A DNA stretch of 64,000 bases from Octopus sinensis (taxonomy: Eukaryota). Location of the stretch: contig NC_043013.1 of the NCBI RefSeq assembly GCF_006345805.1, positions 4,464,001-4,528,000 on the forward strand. Direction: 5' to 3'. The notes below the pieces were generated by a model that made no database searches, was not told the origin of the DNA, and worked only from the letters and a program-made list of their open reading frames with translations. Position numbers and translations under genes: made by a program. Positions 11,520 to 23,821 of this stretch are shown here, one piece after another; position 1 is the stretch's first letter, and the number at the start of each line of letters is the position of its first letter.

Positions 11520-12190
11520 GTGATCACATACCAGTTTTTAATCTCAATGTAGCATTTCAAGACATGAACTCCCGTTACAAAATACGTCGCCACCCATAAC
11601 ACAGAGGAGAGAAAAATCAATGAGTGCAAGAGTTTCAGTTTGTTCAGATGTTCTCGGACCTACTTCTTTATTACCCTCAAGGGGCTAAACACAGAAGAGA
11701 CGAACAAGGACAGACAGTCGGATTAAGTCGATTACATCGACCCCAGTGAGTAACTGGTACTTAGTGTATCGACCCCGAAAGGATGAAAGACAAAGTCGAC
11801 CTCTGTGGAATTTGAACTCAGAACGTAACGGTAGACGAAATACCACTAAGCATTTCGCCCGACGTGCTAACGCTTCTGCCAGCTCACCGCCTTATTGGAC
11901 TCCATACCACTGATTTGCTCCACAAAATAGAGGTAGCGGCAGCCCGTCAGAGAAATGAGTCCCGCGAGCTGGAGTGGCTACTGCAGCAAGTGTTGCTAGC
12001 CATTCTCCGTCGCAACACCATAGTGGGGATTACTGCGGAGCGAAGCTGAGTGTAACTCTTGTTCTGGGATATGTGAAGATCATCGCTCCTCCCCCTCCGT
12101 CTTTCGCTGCCTTGTCCCCCACTTTTTCTCCATTCTTCTTTTCCTGTCTTTTTCATCGTTTTAAAGTGCATACCAGTAAATAAAATCAAA
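11520..12190 (+). mobile_element. CRE-like (restriction-like endonuclease) LINE 3' relic, interrupted by a SINE
   Basis: EERKINECKS upstream; IGLHTTDLLHKIEVAAARQRNESRELEWLLQQVLLAILRRN resembles the CRE C-terminal RE..WL.QRIS.AI.RGN motif; AATAAA at the end. Confidence 0.6.
11664..11891 (-). mobile_element. SINE type B
   Basis: Homologous to 8866-9092. Confidence 0.9.
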
Positions 12191-12208
12191 GGAATTATTT
12201 TTTTTTAA

Positions 12209-12610
12209 GGCGTAGGAGTGGCTGCGTGGTAAGTAGCTTGCTTACCAACCACATGATTCCGGGTTCAGTCCCACTGCGTGGCACCTTGGGCAAGTGTCTT
12301 CTGCTATAGCCTCGGGCCGACCAAAGCCTTGTGAGTGGATTTGGTAGACGGAAACTGAAAGAAGCCCGTCCTATATATGTATATATATATATATGTGTGT
12401 GTGCGTGCGTGTGTGTGTGTTTGTCCCCCCAACATCGCTTGACAACCGATGCTGGTGTGTTTACGTCCCCGTAACTTAGTGGTTCGGCAAAAGAGACCGA
12501 TAGAATAAGTACTAGGCTTACAAAGAATAAGTCCTGGGGTCGATTTGCTCGACTAAAATGGTGGTGCTCCAGCATGGCCGCAGTCAAATGACTGAAACAT
12601 GTAAAAGAGT
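12209..12610 (+). mobile_element. SINE type A, full length
   Basis: Complete head, central microsatellite and tail. Confidence 0.9.
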
Positions 12611-13237
12611 ATGTCAGTATAAACATGATTTTCACTAACTTCAACAAATACGTATCAAAGACAAGAAACACTGTCCATTTTACCAAAAATACAAAACATA
12701 GTAATTTGTATCTTGAATCTTTAACGACACCAAAGTTAAACCTGTCCGTTGTCTATTACAGATCATCAGATTATTTCATTTCTTCAATCTTCTCTCAGAA
12801 ATGTAATATCAGCACGTGAGTAGAATATACTCTCCCCGACACTCATATATCTCATTTGAATATCAGCGGCAAAGGCTTAGCATTTCCCCTCCGACTCCTC
12901 TAGATGCATCTGTTTCTCTTTTCACTCGCCGAAATCTTCGAACACCTCCCAATCCTCGAACGTATCCCTTCTTACACTGGGTACAAGTATTTCACTTCGC
13001 TACTAGAATGAGGATCAGAAACTAGAAATTCCGAATACCAACTCCCACAGATTCAGCTTCGAAGAGATACCATTCCACTCAAATTAACAGTATTGAGTAC
13101 ACCGTCGCTTATTACATCTCACTCTTAGCAGTATGACATTATTATTGTATGTGTGTATGTGTGTGTATACACGTATAGTCTGTGTGTTTGTATGTGCGTC
13201 TGTCTGTATGTATATGTACACAGATATTCATAGATTA

Positions 13238-13273
<36 letters not shown>

Positions 13274-14029
13274 ATTCAGGCACACCGGAACAGATCCGAA
13301 TATATTCCATCAATGAAGTAATCACTTGCAACGAGACATAAGCTCTCTGGGGAAAAACATAACGTTCGACCTCTGAGTCAAGAGAAAATTACGATTTATT
13401 AAATGTTTCTAGACAAATCGATAAACAATGATTGACTCAAACAACATAACAAAACAAAAGCTAAGAATACTTTATAGATTGAACATGAGTAATACAGGAG
13501 CTTCATTTTCTTGAAGAGACAATGTTTTAGAATAAAACTCATTATGCTGCGTTAGAATAGTGGACCTTGATTTAAAATGATCGACTACTGTAGTCCGGCA
13601 TTAGAACATAATCAGCAGCTATTTCCGGCTTATTAGGCCAAGATAATATTTGAAACAAGGATGTTACCACTGAAACTGCTAAACTGATATTGATATTCTG
13701 AGGTATCTTACAATTACGTCTGCAGAAATTGTCAATATTTATGATTATTTTTTTTACTGAAGTGGAAAGTATGCTTTGCACACATGCACGCACTCTCTTG
13801 CGGTCTAATCTCTCTGTCTGTCTATCTCTGTCTCTGCCTCTCTCTCTCTCTCTCTCATGCGCGCGCACAGGCAGGCATACACTCATAATACAGCTGAGAG
13901 TGTAGAAGCTTGGCAAGTAGTACATGTATCGTGAATCCACATTCCTATCAAGCATTTCGGTGCTTTCTAGAGAAAACCTATATTCCAGACATTCCAGAGA
14001 CCTCATTTCACTGTTATGAAAAATAGGCA

Positions 14030-14102
14030 TTAAATATATACTTTATGTATGTATGTACGTATGTATATATATATATATATATATACATATATATGTGTGT
14101 GT

Positions 14103-14134
<32 letters not shown>

Positions 14135-14295
14135 CTGTCTGTCTGTCTGTGTGTATGTACGTATGTATGCGTATATACATAAATATATGTATGTATATAT
14201 ATGTATGTGTGTATGTATATATATATATGTGTGTGTGTATGTGTGTGTGTATGTATATATATACGTATGTATATGTATACGTATGTATATATATT
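14030..14295. repeat. (TA)/(TG)/(TATG) compound microsatellite
   Basis: Direct reading. Confidence 0.95.
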
Positions 14296-14379
14296 TGATG
14301 CGATGGATAAATTGGCGCCTTTTCATATTTATAATTGCACGCATGCGCATTGTTTATTTTTGATTTTGTCGACTAGACA

Positions 14380-14800
14380 GTATAGTAGGCTCAGTTGGGC
14401 ACCGTCTGTGAGAAAAACAGCACCACGACGCAATTCACTCTGCCATAAATTTGGAAACGACATGCTGTACTGCATGGCATTCGCACTGGAATCTCCAATA
14501 CAAGCATTTCAGAGTGTTTGGGTGTCAATCTGAGGACAGTGATAAAAATCAAACATCCAGTCAACATCATAGAGTTTGGAGAGATCACTAATGATGGCGA
14601 CGTTATGCCTCCATTCATCTTCCCACATGGCCTCAGACTCAACATGGCGGCCTACATCAAGTACCTGGAGAAGGTAGTGCTGTCCTGGGTCAAGAGGGTA
14701 GCTGCTTGAAGACCCTATGTCTGGCAACAGGACTCTGCACCATGCCACACAAGCGGGAGAACCCAGTCATGGCTATCAAAACTTTCTGCGACCACATGTT
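14380..14800 (+). mobile_element. mariner-like DD37D transposase relic, internally deleted
   Basis: GVNLRTV joined to IKHPVNIIEFGEITNDGDVMPPFIFPHGLRLN..YIKYLEKVVLSWVKRVAA*RPYVWQQDSAPCHTS. Confidence 0.85.
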
Positions 14801-15111
14801 GCTACTAATGTGGCTCAGAATCTTTATTTATTTATGCAGCTGAGGATAACCCTGCATTTAAATTGATGTAATGATTACATTGTCCAATATGTATGCACGC
14901 TCTATAATCGTGTTTACAATGGGATTTTTAGAAAAAAGAATGAAAAATAGTTCAGAATTACAGAGAAGACAGAATCCTTTGCCTTTGTCATAAGGTATCG
15001 AGATTGAGAGAATCAACCAATCTAAATTAAACTGTTTTTTCTATCCTTAATTAATTTACTAAGCCCTGAACTGTTAAATTTATTCCTACCCCTAAATATC
15101 GAGTAATGACA

Positions 15112-15489
15112 GCCGGAGTGGCTGTGTGGTGGTTCTGGGTTCAGTCCCACTGCGTGGCAACTTGGGCAAGTGTCTACTACTATAGCCTCGAGCCGACCAA
15201 AGTCTTGTGAGTGGATTTGGTAGACGGAAACTAAAAGAAGCCAGTCGTATATAGTATATATGTATATATATGTGCGTGTATATGATGTGTATCTGTGTTT
15301 GTCCCCACCCCAACATCGCTTGACAACCGATGCTGGTGTGTTTATGTCCCCGTAACTTAGTGGTTCGGCAAAAGGGAAAGATAGAATAAGTACTAGGCTT
15401 ACAAAGAATAAGTCGATTTGATCTGACTAAAGGCTGTGCTTAAGCATGGCCACAGTCAAATGACTGAAACAGGTAGAAGAATAAAAAGA
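15112..15489 (+). mobile_element. SINE type A
   Basis: Homologous to 12209-12610. Confidence 0.9.
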
Positions 15490-15515
15490 ATATATTATAT
15501 TTATATAAGAAAAAA

Positions 15516-15637
15516 GATTATCTTATGAACTACGTTAGCTTACAGGTGTCATATTATGCAGCTCAGACACTTAGCTATGAGTTCACTGCATCTTGTTGCG
15601 GAAACAGCTGTAAGCTAACGAATTTCATAAGATAATC
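15516..15637. repeat. Inverted repeat (~34-bp arms) containing a decayed HHR motif
   Basis: GATTATCTTATGAACTACGTTAGCTTACAGGTGT versus ACAGCTGTAAGCTAACGAATTTCATAAGATAATC. Confidence 0.85.
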
Positions 15638-15980
15638 GTTCATTCCTTTGTCATCTCTTTTTTTCTTATTACCGCTCTGTACTCGACTAACGTTTTTTTT
15701 TCAGAAGTATACGTATATTGAGTTCTACACCAGATTATACATAAATACATACATATATATGTGTGTATGTGTGTATGTATGTATGTATGTATGTATGTAT
15801 GTATGTATGTATGTATGTATGTATGTATGTGTTTGTGTGTGTGTGTGTATCTAAAACCAAGGCTATAAATTTACCTCCAACTTTAAAGCGGCCATTTGCC
15901 TCCGACCAGCATTTCTGATGTGTCGTCTAAATTGCGAAGTGAAATTGTAGACGTGAAATCAATAGTAACATTTTGGTTGG

Positions 15981-16015
<35 letters not shown>

Positions 16016-16109
16016 ATTATTCATCCTTGATTTTTTATCTGCCAATGGTCTGCTATAGAAGAAATAAATGAATAAACAAGAGGAGAAAAGAAGGACGATG
16101 AGAGAAATA

Positions 16110-16800
16110 TTTGCTACAAAGTGCACAAAGATGTCCACTTCTACCAGGGCTGTAACTGCTGAGAATTGCGAGCTTTCCTTTCATACTCTGCTATAGAGAC
16201 TCGTAAAGATTCAAAAGCCACTGAACCCCTGTTGTTTGCTTCCTTTCATAGAAACCTGTCTCCAGTAAGATTCTCTTGTGATTTTCTGTTGATCCTGCAG
16301 TCTTTCAAGCCTGGTTTCACTACATCTTTGAATCTCTTAAACGACCACGAACAGCGCCTCTCCATTTGCAAGCTTAGAATTGAAGATTACCTTTGCCAGT
16401 CTCACACAGGACTTTTGACAAAGTATCCAGTCCAACGCAGCTGGATTAGCTTTAGGTTGGCTAACAAACGGGGAAGACTAACACCCCCTGAGAACCCCTC
16501 TTTTGCGAATTCTATCCAGCTACTTTGTTTACAAATTTCCAATAAATGATGAAGACGTTCGCATGGAACAGCTATATTGTCCAAGTTTTTCGCACCACGG
16601 AGTAGAGTTGGAAGGATTACAGCATTGTAAACTTTGATTTTGTTATCTACGCGAATATCTGGGCTATTCCTCACTCTCTGCTGCAGTTTTTTCCAAAAGC
16701 TGCATTCACCACACTCGTCTTAAATGACGACACTTCATCGTTAATGGCAGACGCTTTTGAACAGTGTACTTTCAAAACATTCTAAGTTCTCCATATTTTT
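16110..16800 (-). mobile_element. RTE-clade LINE 3' fragment
   Basis: DIRVDNKIKVYNAVILPTLLRGA...QLRWTGYFVK. Confidence 0.8.
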
Positions 16801-17016
16801 AAATTCAGTCCCACATTTTTATTCCACATGACCTGAAGATAAATTGATCGACATCATATTGCATGCTGGACTTATCTGGTGCAAGAGCCGACAATCGTCT
16901 GCAAATAACGTTACAAGCTCTTAAACGCTTAACTTTGAGTTTTGGTTCCAATGTGCGCGTGTGTGTGTATGCGTGCGTGCATGTACGGCAGTACAATAGT
17001 TTGAATGTCGAATATA

Positions 17017-17182
17017 CGAGGGGGTGCTGAAAAGTTCCTGGATTTAAGGGTGTCGCGAAAGGCCGGGTTGGAGGCCCGACCTTCGGAATTCCTTCAGAAC
17101 CAAGTGATGTGACTCTGGGGGGAGAATATGCTGAATAAAATCATTAATTGATCCTCCTGTATTTTCTTGTATCCCACCCGTA
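17017..17182 (+). mobile_element. mariner-derived non-autonomous relic
   Basis: TA-CGAGGGGGTGCTGAAAAGTTCCTGG is TIR-like; GGAGAATATGCTGAATAA matches a mariner C-terminal GEY.E* end; right TIR not found. Confidence 0.6.
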
Positions 17183-17270
17183 TAAGCCTTGCAGTAATTT
17201 TTCAGCTCTTTTTGTTTTGAGTCAAATTCGGAAACTCAATTTGAGGGTCTTTGTGGCTATCGTCGCTGCT

Positions 17271-17682
17271 CTCTTTTCTCTTTTCTCTTTTACTTGTTTC
17301 AGTCATTTGACTGCGGCCATGCTGGAGCACCGCCTTTTAGTCGAGCAAATCGACCCCAAGACTTATTCTTTGTAAGCCTAGTACTTATTCTATCGGTCTC
17401 TTTTGCCGAACCGCTAAGTGACGGGGACATAAACACACCAGCATCGGTTGTCAAGCGATGTTGCGGGGGACAAACACAGACACACAAACACACACACACA
17501 CACATATATATATACATATATACGACGGGCTTCTTTCAGTTTCCGTCTACCAAATCCACTCACAAGGCTTCGGTCGGCCCGAGGCTATAGTAGCAGACAC
17601 TTGCCCAATGTGCCACGCAGTGGGACTGAACCCGGAACCATGTGGTTGGTAAGCAAGCTACTTACAACACAGCCACTCTTGC
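17271..17682 (-). mobile_element. SINE type A
   Basis: Homologous to 12209-12610. Confidence 0.9.
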
Positions 17683-18301
17683 GTGTCGAAATCTTTAAAA
17701 AAAAATTTAATGTATCATATAGATGCAATTTTTTACTCTGAATCCAAATTTGTTATTCATTTATTCCAGAAAGATTTTGCGAAAATGTTACAGGTGTTCA
17801 AAGTTTCATAATTTTCAGGATTTTCAGCCAATAAGCGAGAAAGGGGCGGTGACACGGGCATGTCAAAACATTAAACTAGTTGCAGTAAACATTGAAAAAC
17901 ATTAAAAGATTCGCAAGCAAATTAAATATTTCAAAGCTGCGAGCAAACCAACCGGACTTGCTACAAATAACGGTCAAAACATTGCTTAAAACAGACATTT
18001 ATTATTTAAAAAAAGCTCAAGAACGAAAGTTTATGATACACTCTAGGATTTTATAAAATAAATTGTCTTTCTGATATCTTCTCATAAATTCACAAAGATA
18101 AAAGTCAACTATGGAACGGTGGTTACACTCCTTGTGCGCATGCGCAGCATCTTTGGTTGCAACAGAAACTGAGTTTTTCGCAATCAGCCATGAAACACGT
18201 GGTGCTTCTTTGCTTACTATGCTAATAGAACTTCACGGTAATGTGTAAAATACCCGCTTCAGATTGATTAGAATACCCAAATTTTGCAAATTTTAAAGGC
18301 T

Positions 18302-18517
18302 CTCTCTTTTACTCTTTTACGTGTTTCAGTCATTTGACTCCGGCCATGCCGGAGCACCGCCTTTAGTCGAGCAAATCGACCCCGGGACTTATTCTTTTGT
18401 AAGCCCAGTCCTTATTCTATCGGCCTCTTTTGCTGAACCGCTAAGTGACGAGGACGTAAACACACCACCATCGGTTGTCAAGCAATGCTAGGGGGACAAA
18501 CACAGACACACAAACAT

Positions 18518-18605
<88 letters not shown>

Positions 18606-18916
18606 TGTAAATGTAAAAAAATACAAACTGGGACAAGAACGTGAAACATTTAGAAGACGATACAAAAAACACGGACGGGACCTTCGAAGCCTTCAATCTT
18701 CAGTCAAGAACCGGATCATCTTCGCAATTTCGGCTGATTCGTATATATACATATATACGGCGGGCTTGTTTCAGTTTCCGTCTACCAAATCCACTCACAA
18801 GGCATTGGTCGGCCCGGGGCTATAGCAGATGACACTTGCCCAAGATGCCACGCAGTGGGACTGAACCCGGAACCATGTGTTTGGTAAGCAAGCTACTTAC
18901 CACACAGCCACTCCTG
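18302..18916 (-). mobile_element. SINE type A with nested insertion in its central microsatellite
   Basis: Both halves present, separated by (TA)n plus the 18607-18740 insert. Confidence 0.9.
18607..18740 (-). mobile_element. (TA)n-embedded short element with CTGAAGA and GAAA motifs
   Basis: Homologous to 36964-37095 and 59765-59965. Confidence 0.8.
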
Positions 18917-19111
18917 TAAACTTTTTTTTATTTGGGATTTATAGGGAAAATGAATTTCATTTTCATAATTAGTATACAAAACTTAATCCCTATACCAAAT
19001 CTGAAAACAATTGGCAACAAATTGTAGACAGTGATGGTGACCACAAATATCCCAATTTTGTCTCAAGTTTTAGGTGTACACCTGTCTCTATCTCGCTCTC
19101 CCTCTCTCTCG

Positions 19112-19184
<73 letters not shown>

Positions 19185-19602
19185 ATTTTCTCCGTCACTT
19201 CCTCTCTCAGGCTGCACTGATAGGGTCTGATATGAACACTAACACTGTCTTCTTACTCCAAGAGAGAGCCGGGCTGCGTTAACCGCTTCAAAGCCGTCCG
19301 CGGGAATTACACCATGGCAGGCATAAACAGGCTGATACGCTGATATGCTCTACTGCACAGAACAGGTACAGACAACATGTTGTCTGTATGATGTGGTTGA
19401 GAAGATTTAAGGACGAACAAAACAAATCAAGGGAAATCGCGATAGCATAATTTGTTTAATCCATGAGAGCAAGGAAAAAATGTTAAAAGGAAGGGTGAAA
19501 AGCGCAAGTAGTGTAATTAGACTTCTACGCAGTTTTGAAGTATCTCGCCTCAGGTCCTCGGTGTAGAACCATGGTCCAGCTACATTTCCATAAATGACAA
19601 AG

Positions 19603-19683
19603 GTCAGATACGAGAAATTTACTGTCAGATACGAGAAATTTACTGTCAGATACGAGAAATTTACAGATACGAGAAATTTACTG
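19603..19683 (+). repeat. 21-bp minisatellite, about 4 copies
   Basis: GTCAGATACGAGAAATTTACT repeated; directly followed by a SINE B tail (19684-19730). Confidence 0.95.
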
Positions 19684-21892
19684 CCTTGTTTGTCTCCTCT
19701 ATGTTTAGCCCCTTGTGGGCAATAAAGAAAAAGGAAATTCACTGTATCACTATAAAAAGGCATTAACACCAACGCGAACCTGGCTCGACCAATTAGATTA
19801 GCTGGTGTGTAACAAATAGCGATAGATTTGAAAGTAAATTTTGTGAATTCTCCCGGCAAATTGTTCTGACTGAGAAGGTGGGATATTTAACTTCGAACAA
19901 TATAACATTTGGTGCTACAAAGAACACTGTGGCTCACTTTTCTGGGGTGTCTTCACTTTTTCTACTTATTCGATCTTTGATAAACATGAAATTTTCATAT
20001 AAAAACTAAGTATATTATTTTATTCAAGTGTTCCGACTGTAAAAATTATGGAAGCTTATACAAGGATTAGTGTAGTCATTTTTACCCTCACAGGAATAAC
20101 GACCAACTAAAGAAGAATGATACGGTCAAAGCCTTAATTCAATATTAGTTTATAACGAAAGCTTAAAACATCTAAGAAAATCAGAGGCTAAAATGTTTTA
20201 TAAAAGGACATAAATGAAACAAAATTTTGTGGGTAAATAATAAATAATATTTTAAGTTAAATATAAATAACTACCTTGGGATATTGTTCTGTAATAAAAT
20301 GCTTCGATTAGTGGGACTCTGAATATATAAAAATAAGTACTAATGATTATACAAAAAATTACTTTTTTCCAAATTGGAGATCATCATTAGATTAAGATTA
20401 AATTTGGTACTGGTAGATTCTATAAATGATAATAGAACAATGGGAATTGTTGTTAAACAGTTTAAAGTTAACACCATCCTTATCATTTTTAAACAAGAGA
20501 GGTACTTCAGTTGCAATAAATCTATGCTGAGTTGAAAGTTCGTTTTATTGAATTTAAGTTTTCAAAGAAGTACGCGTTTGGTAAATTCTAATAAACATAT
20601 AACATATGTTTTTTAGAGGTAAAGGAGGTTTTTTTGTTTGTTTTTTTTTTACCTGAAATGAAAATTTTAGGTTGAAGGCAAAATGAAACTGGTTTAATCT
20701 TGGTTCGATAGTGAGAGACTGAGTTGTAGTGCCAATGACAGAGGAAGCCAAAAACCTGTATTTCTGGTTAATACATGTGTGTGTGAACTTTTTTATTTTT
20801 CTATTTCTCTATTTCACCCCGTGGCTCTATTTCTTGTATATTTAGTAGAAACAAGGTGTCAAGTTTGAAGACTATTAGGACGTTACATGTCATAATCTTT
20901 ACTCTTTTGTATCTCTCTTCCTCGAATATATTTTGTGGTTAATTTTCTGAGAGCGTTTGTAGTTGGGGCGTGTGTACGGGACATGTGGTACTGGATATTG
21001 CTGCTTAATCGTACAGAGTTACAATCAAAGTCATCCCCTGTGTTATTAGATATTATGAATCTCTTTATGAGAATATAGGGTGTGATGTGAAGGAGACTTG
21101 ATCTCAGAATGGCTCATCCTTGTTGCTGTTCAACTCAAAGCAACACTTGTTCCGCGAAATGTGGTCAAAGGCTTTCTTGCAGTGAACATTCCAGCGTTGT
21201 ATCAGTTATTGGTTATGTAGGAGAAGCATGTAATTTGTTGTTTCATTTGGTTTTGGTCATGCAGAATAGAATAAGATTTTTTTTTTGAAGGGTTATTATA
21301 TAGGGTATGTATTGTGCGAATATATGTTTTGTTTCGGTTTTCTTTTGCTATTGAGCAAAGTTTTGGAGTGTGTGAGCACTGATACGACTTGTAAGTTTTT
21401 GCTTGTAATGTTTATCATGCCAAGTTATCATTGATCGTTGTGACACCGATGTGGTCTGATGTCCACATTAGTGTCGCATTTTGCGTATTTCGGCGTCGAG
21501 AATCTTGAATTTGACAGCTTCTCCATTTCTTTTCAAGTAATATTTTGACTAAAAGGGGTTATGATGCCTCTTAGAATACTAGTATCTCTGTTTCAGTTAT
21601 TGGATATTGTATCTGGATGTAGTCTGTGATAATCCCAAACGGAAAATGTCAGACAATAAAGCCTTCTTCCTTGCGTGTGTAGGAAATCTAGATTATGAAG
21701 AAGGAACTTCAGGATTGTCTTATAACAGTTTCTCATGACAACTAAAAACAGTTCATCGCCAGAGCACGGGACCAAAGAGGGGATCCGTAGATACATTTCA
21801 TCTACTTCTGTTATTGTTGCTCAACGCAGGAAGGGCTTTGCTAGCCATTGCTATTATGCTGAGCAGCAGGTTATATTGGAAAAATATATTGA

Positions 21893-21974
21893 TAATAATA
21901 ATATTGATAATAATTATATTGATAATAATTATATTGATAATAATAATAATAATAATTATTATTATTATTATTAT
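21893..21974. repeat. (TAA)n/(TTA)n microsatellite
   Basis: Direct reading. Confidence 0.9.
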
Positions 21975-22025
21975 AACATTGAAAAGTACCTTAGGAATGA
22001 GAACTCAGGTTCGAAATTTCCCCAA

Positions 22026-22066
22026 GACACCTGAAGAAGAGGGTATATCAGCCGAAACGTTGTGTT
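22026..22066 (+). ncRNA. Minimal HHR-like motif in a (TAA)n-associated short element (about 21975-22118)
   Basis: GACAC-CTGAAGA-AGAGGGTATATCAGCC-GAAA-CG-TT-GTGTT; stem II damaged. Confidence 0.6.
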
Positions 22067-22742
22067 AACAACAAACAAGAGGTGGGGGCAAATATCCGTT
22101 GAATGTAAATAATGTATACTCAAGTATATTGACACAAATACACATGATGAGATTCCTGGTGTCGCTTGGTGAATTATCTCGGTTATAGTCATTCGAAAAG
22201 GAAGAATTATATCTGGTCTGCCTTGGCAGATCGCAAATGTTTGTGGCCGTGTTTGGTACCTACCAGTATCAGTATAGTGTTAGGTACATATTGATACATT
22301 TGCGTGTCCATTTTCATATCAGTGTCAGCATACTTCCCAGAGAATACAGCTGTTGACTCGATAGTCCTATAACCTACACTTGATATTAACATAATTTTAT
22401 GTTTGTTTGTACCAAGGTATCAGTCTTTTACAATAAAAATCAAAATTTCCGTTTACTTTTAGACCAGATCTTTTGAGCAATACTTGGTTTTCGATCTGGT
22501 TTATATCTTGTCGAGTCTTGGAAAATATTGGCTGGTTTCCTTTCCGTTTCTCTTCAGTAAATTATTTCATTCTGTTTTGATTTTGTCGAGATTTTTAAGA
22601 CTGTTTTGTCCTTGTCTGAATTCTCATTTTAGTTTCCTGCTAGTATTTTATCATCTCGTAACATATACATACATACATAAATAAATAAATACATACATAC
22701 ATAAATAAATACATACATACATACATACATACATACATACAT

Positions 22743-22771
<29 letters not shown>

Positions 22772-22773
<2 letters not shown>

Positions 22774-23202
22774 TGATGGCTGCCCCCTCGTTATCGAGTA
22801 TGGCCATTGTACAAAGCTTAACTGTTACTGGTGCTGTGATCGAATGTGACTTTTTAGCCAGCAAAAGATCTACAATGTATTGTACAAAATTGGCAACTAA
22901 AACCTTTACCGGTAATAGCCGGCTGTAGTTGTAACTGGGCTTCATGTACCTTTGCATGTCGTTTAAGTCCTCCTGCCGAATTACACTCTCTTCCACGTGC
23001 CTGACAGATATGATTAGTATGGTGTGTAACACCACCACCAGTGGCCAGGTGTCACTCATCTGTCTCGTTTTATGACTACGAAGATGACTCATGAGTCCAG
23101 CTTTACTGAGGCAGGGTCTTGCACAGACATTGCATGTCAGAATCAAAGGAAGACCCTTCCCTTCTGGAAGTGTAACAGCGATGCCCTTCCTGACATCCCA
23201 CC

Positions 23203-23204
<2 letters not shown>
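22772..23204 (-). mobile_element. RTE-like LINE 3' end with three C2H2 finger relics, inside a (TACA)n tract
   Basis: CNVCARPCLSKAGLMSHLRSH, CQARGRECNSAGGLKRHAKVH and a frameshifted CQFCTIHCRSFAG..SHIRS. Confidence 0.75.
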
Positions 23205-23233
<29 letters not shown>

Positions 23234-23337
23234 CATACATACATACATACGTACGTATGTATGTATTATGTATCAACGAGTGGATTCACGCATCTTATCT
23301 TATTTTAGCATTGAGTTCAATACTTAATATTCGCTTG

Positions 23338-23570
23338 GCTCTTTTATACTCTTTTACTCTTTTACTCTTTTACTCTTTTACTTGTTTCAGTCATTTGACT
23401 GCGGCCATGCTGGAGCACCGCCTTTAGTCGAGCAAATCGACCCCAAGACTTATTCTTTGTAAGCCCAGTACTTATCCTATCGGTCTCTTTTGCCGAACCG
23501 CTAGGTGACGGGGACGTAAACACACCAGCATCGGTTGTCAAGCAATGCTAGGGGGACAAACACAGACACA

Positions 23571-23660
<90 letters not shown>

Positions 23661-23821
23661 ACAGGCTTCTTTCAGTTTCCGTCTACCAAATCCACTCACA
23701 AGGCATTGGTCGGCCCGAGGCTATAGCAGAAGACACTTGCCCAAGATGCCACGCAGTGGGACTGAACCCGGAACCATGTGGTTGGTTAGCAAGCTACTTA
23801 CCACACAGCCACTCCTGCGCC
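23338..23821 (-). mobile_element. SINE type A, full length
   Basis: Tail (TACTCTTT)n on +, long central (CA)n(TA)n. Confidence 0.9.

Noticed and set aside
13572-14030. 152-aa minus-strand ORF with an acceptor-like TTTCTGCAG
   Set aside because: It spans a (GA)n repeat and has no recognisable domain.
19603-19683. CRISPR-like appearance of the 21-bp repeat
   Set aside because: No spacers, eukaryotic context and no cas genes.
20560-21800. Possible highly decayed minus-strand PLE
   Set aside because: Only vague motif resemblance; I could not reconstruct a convincing RT or GIY-YIG motif.
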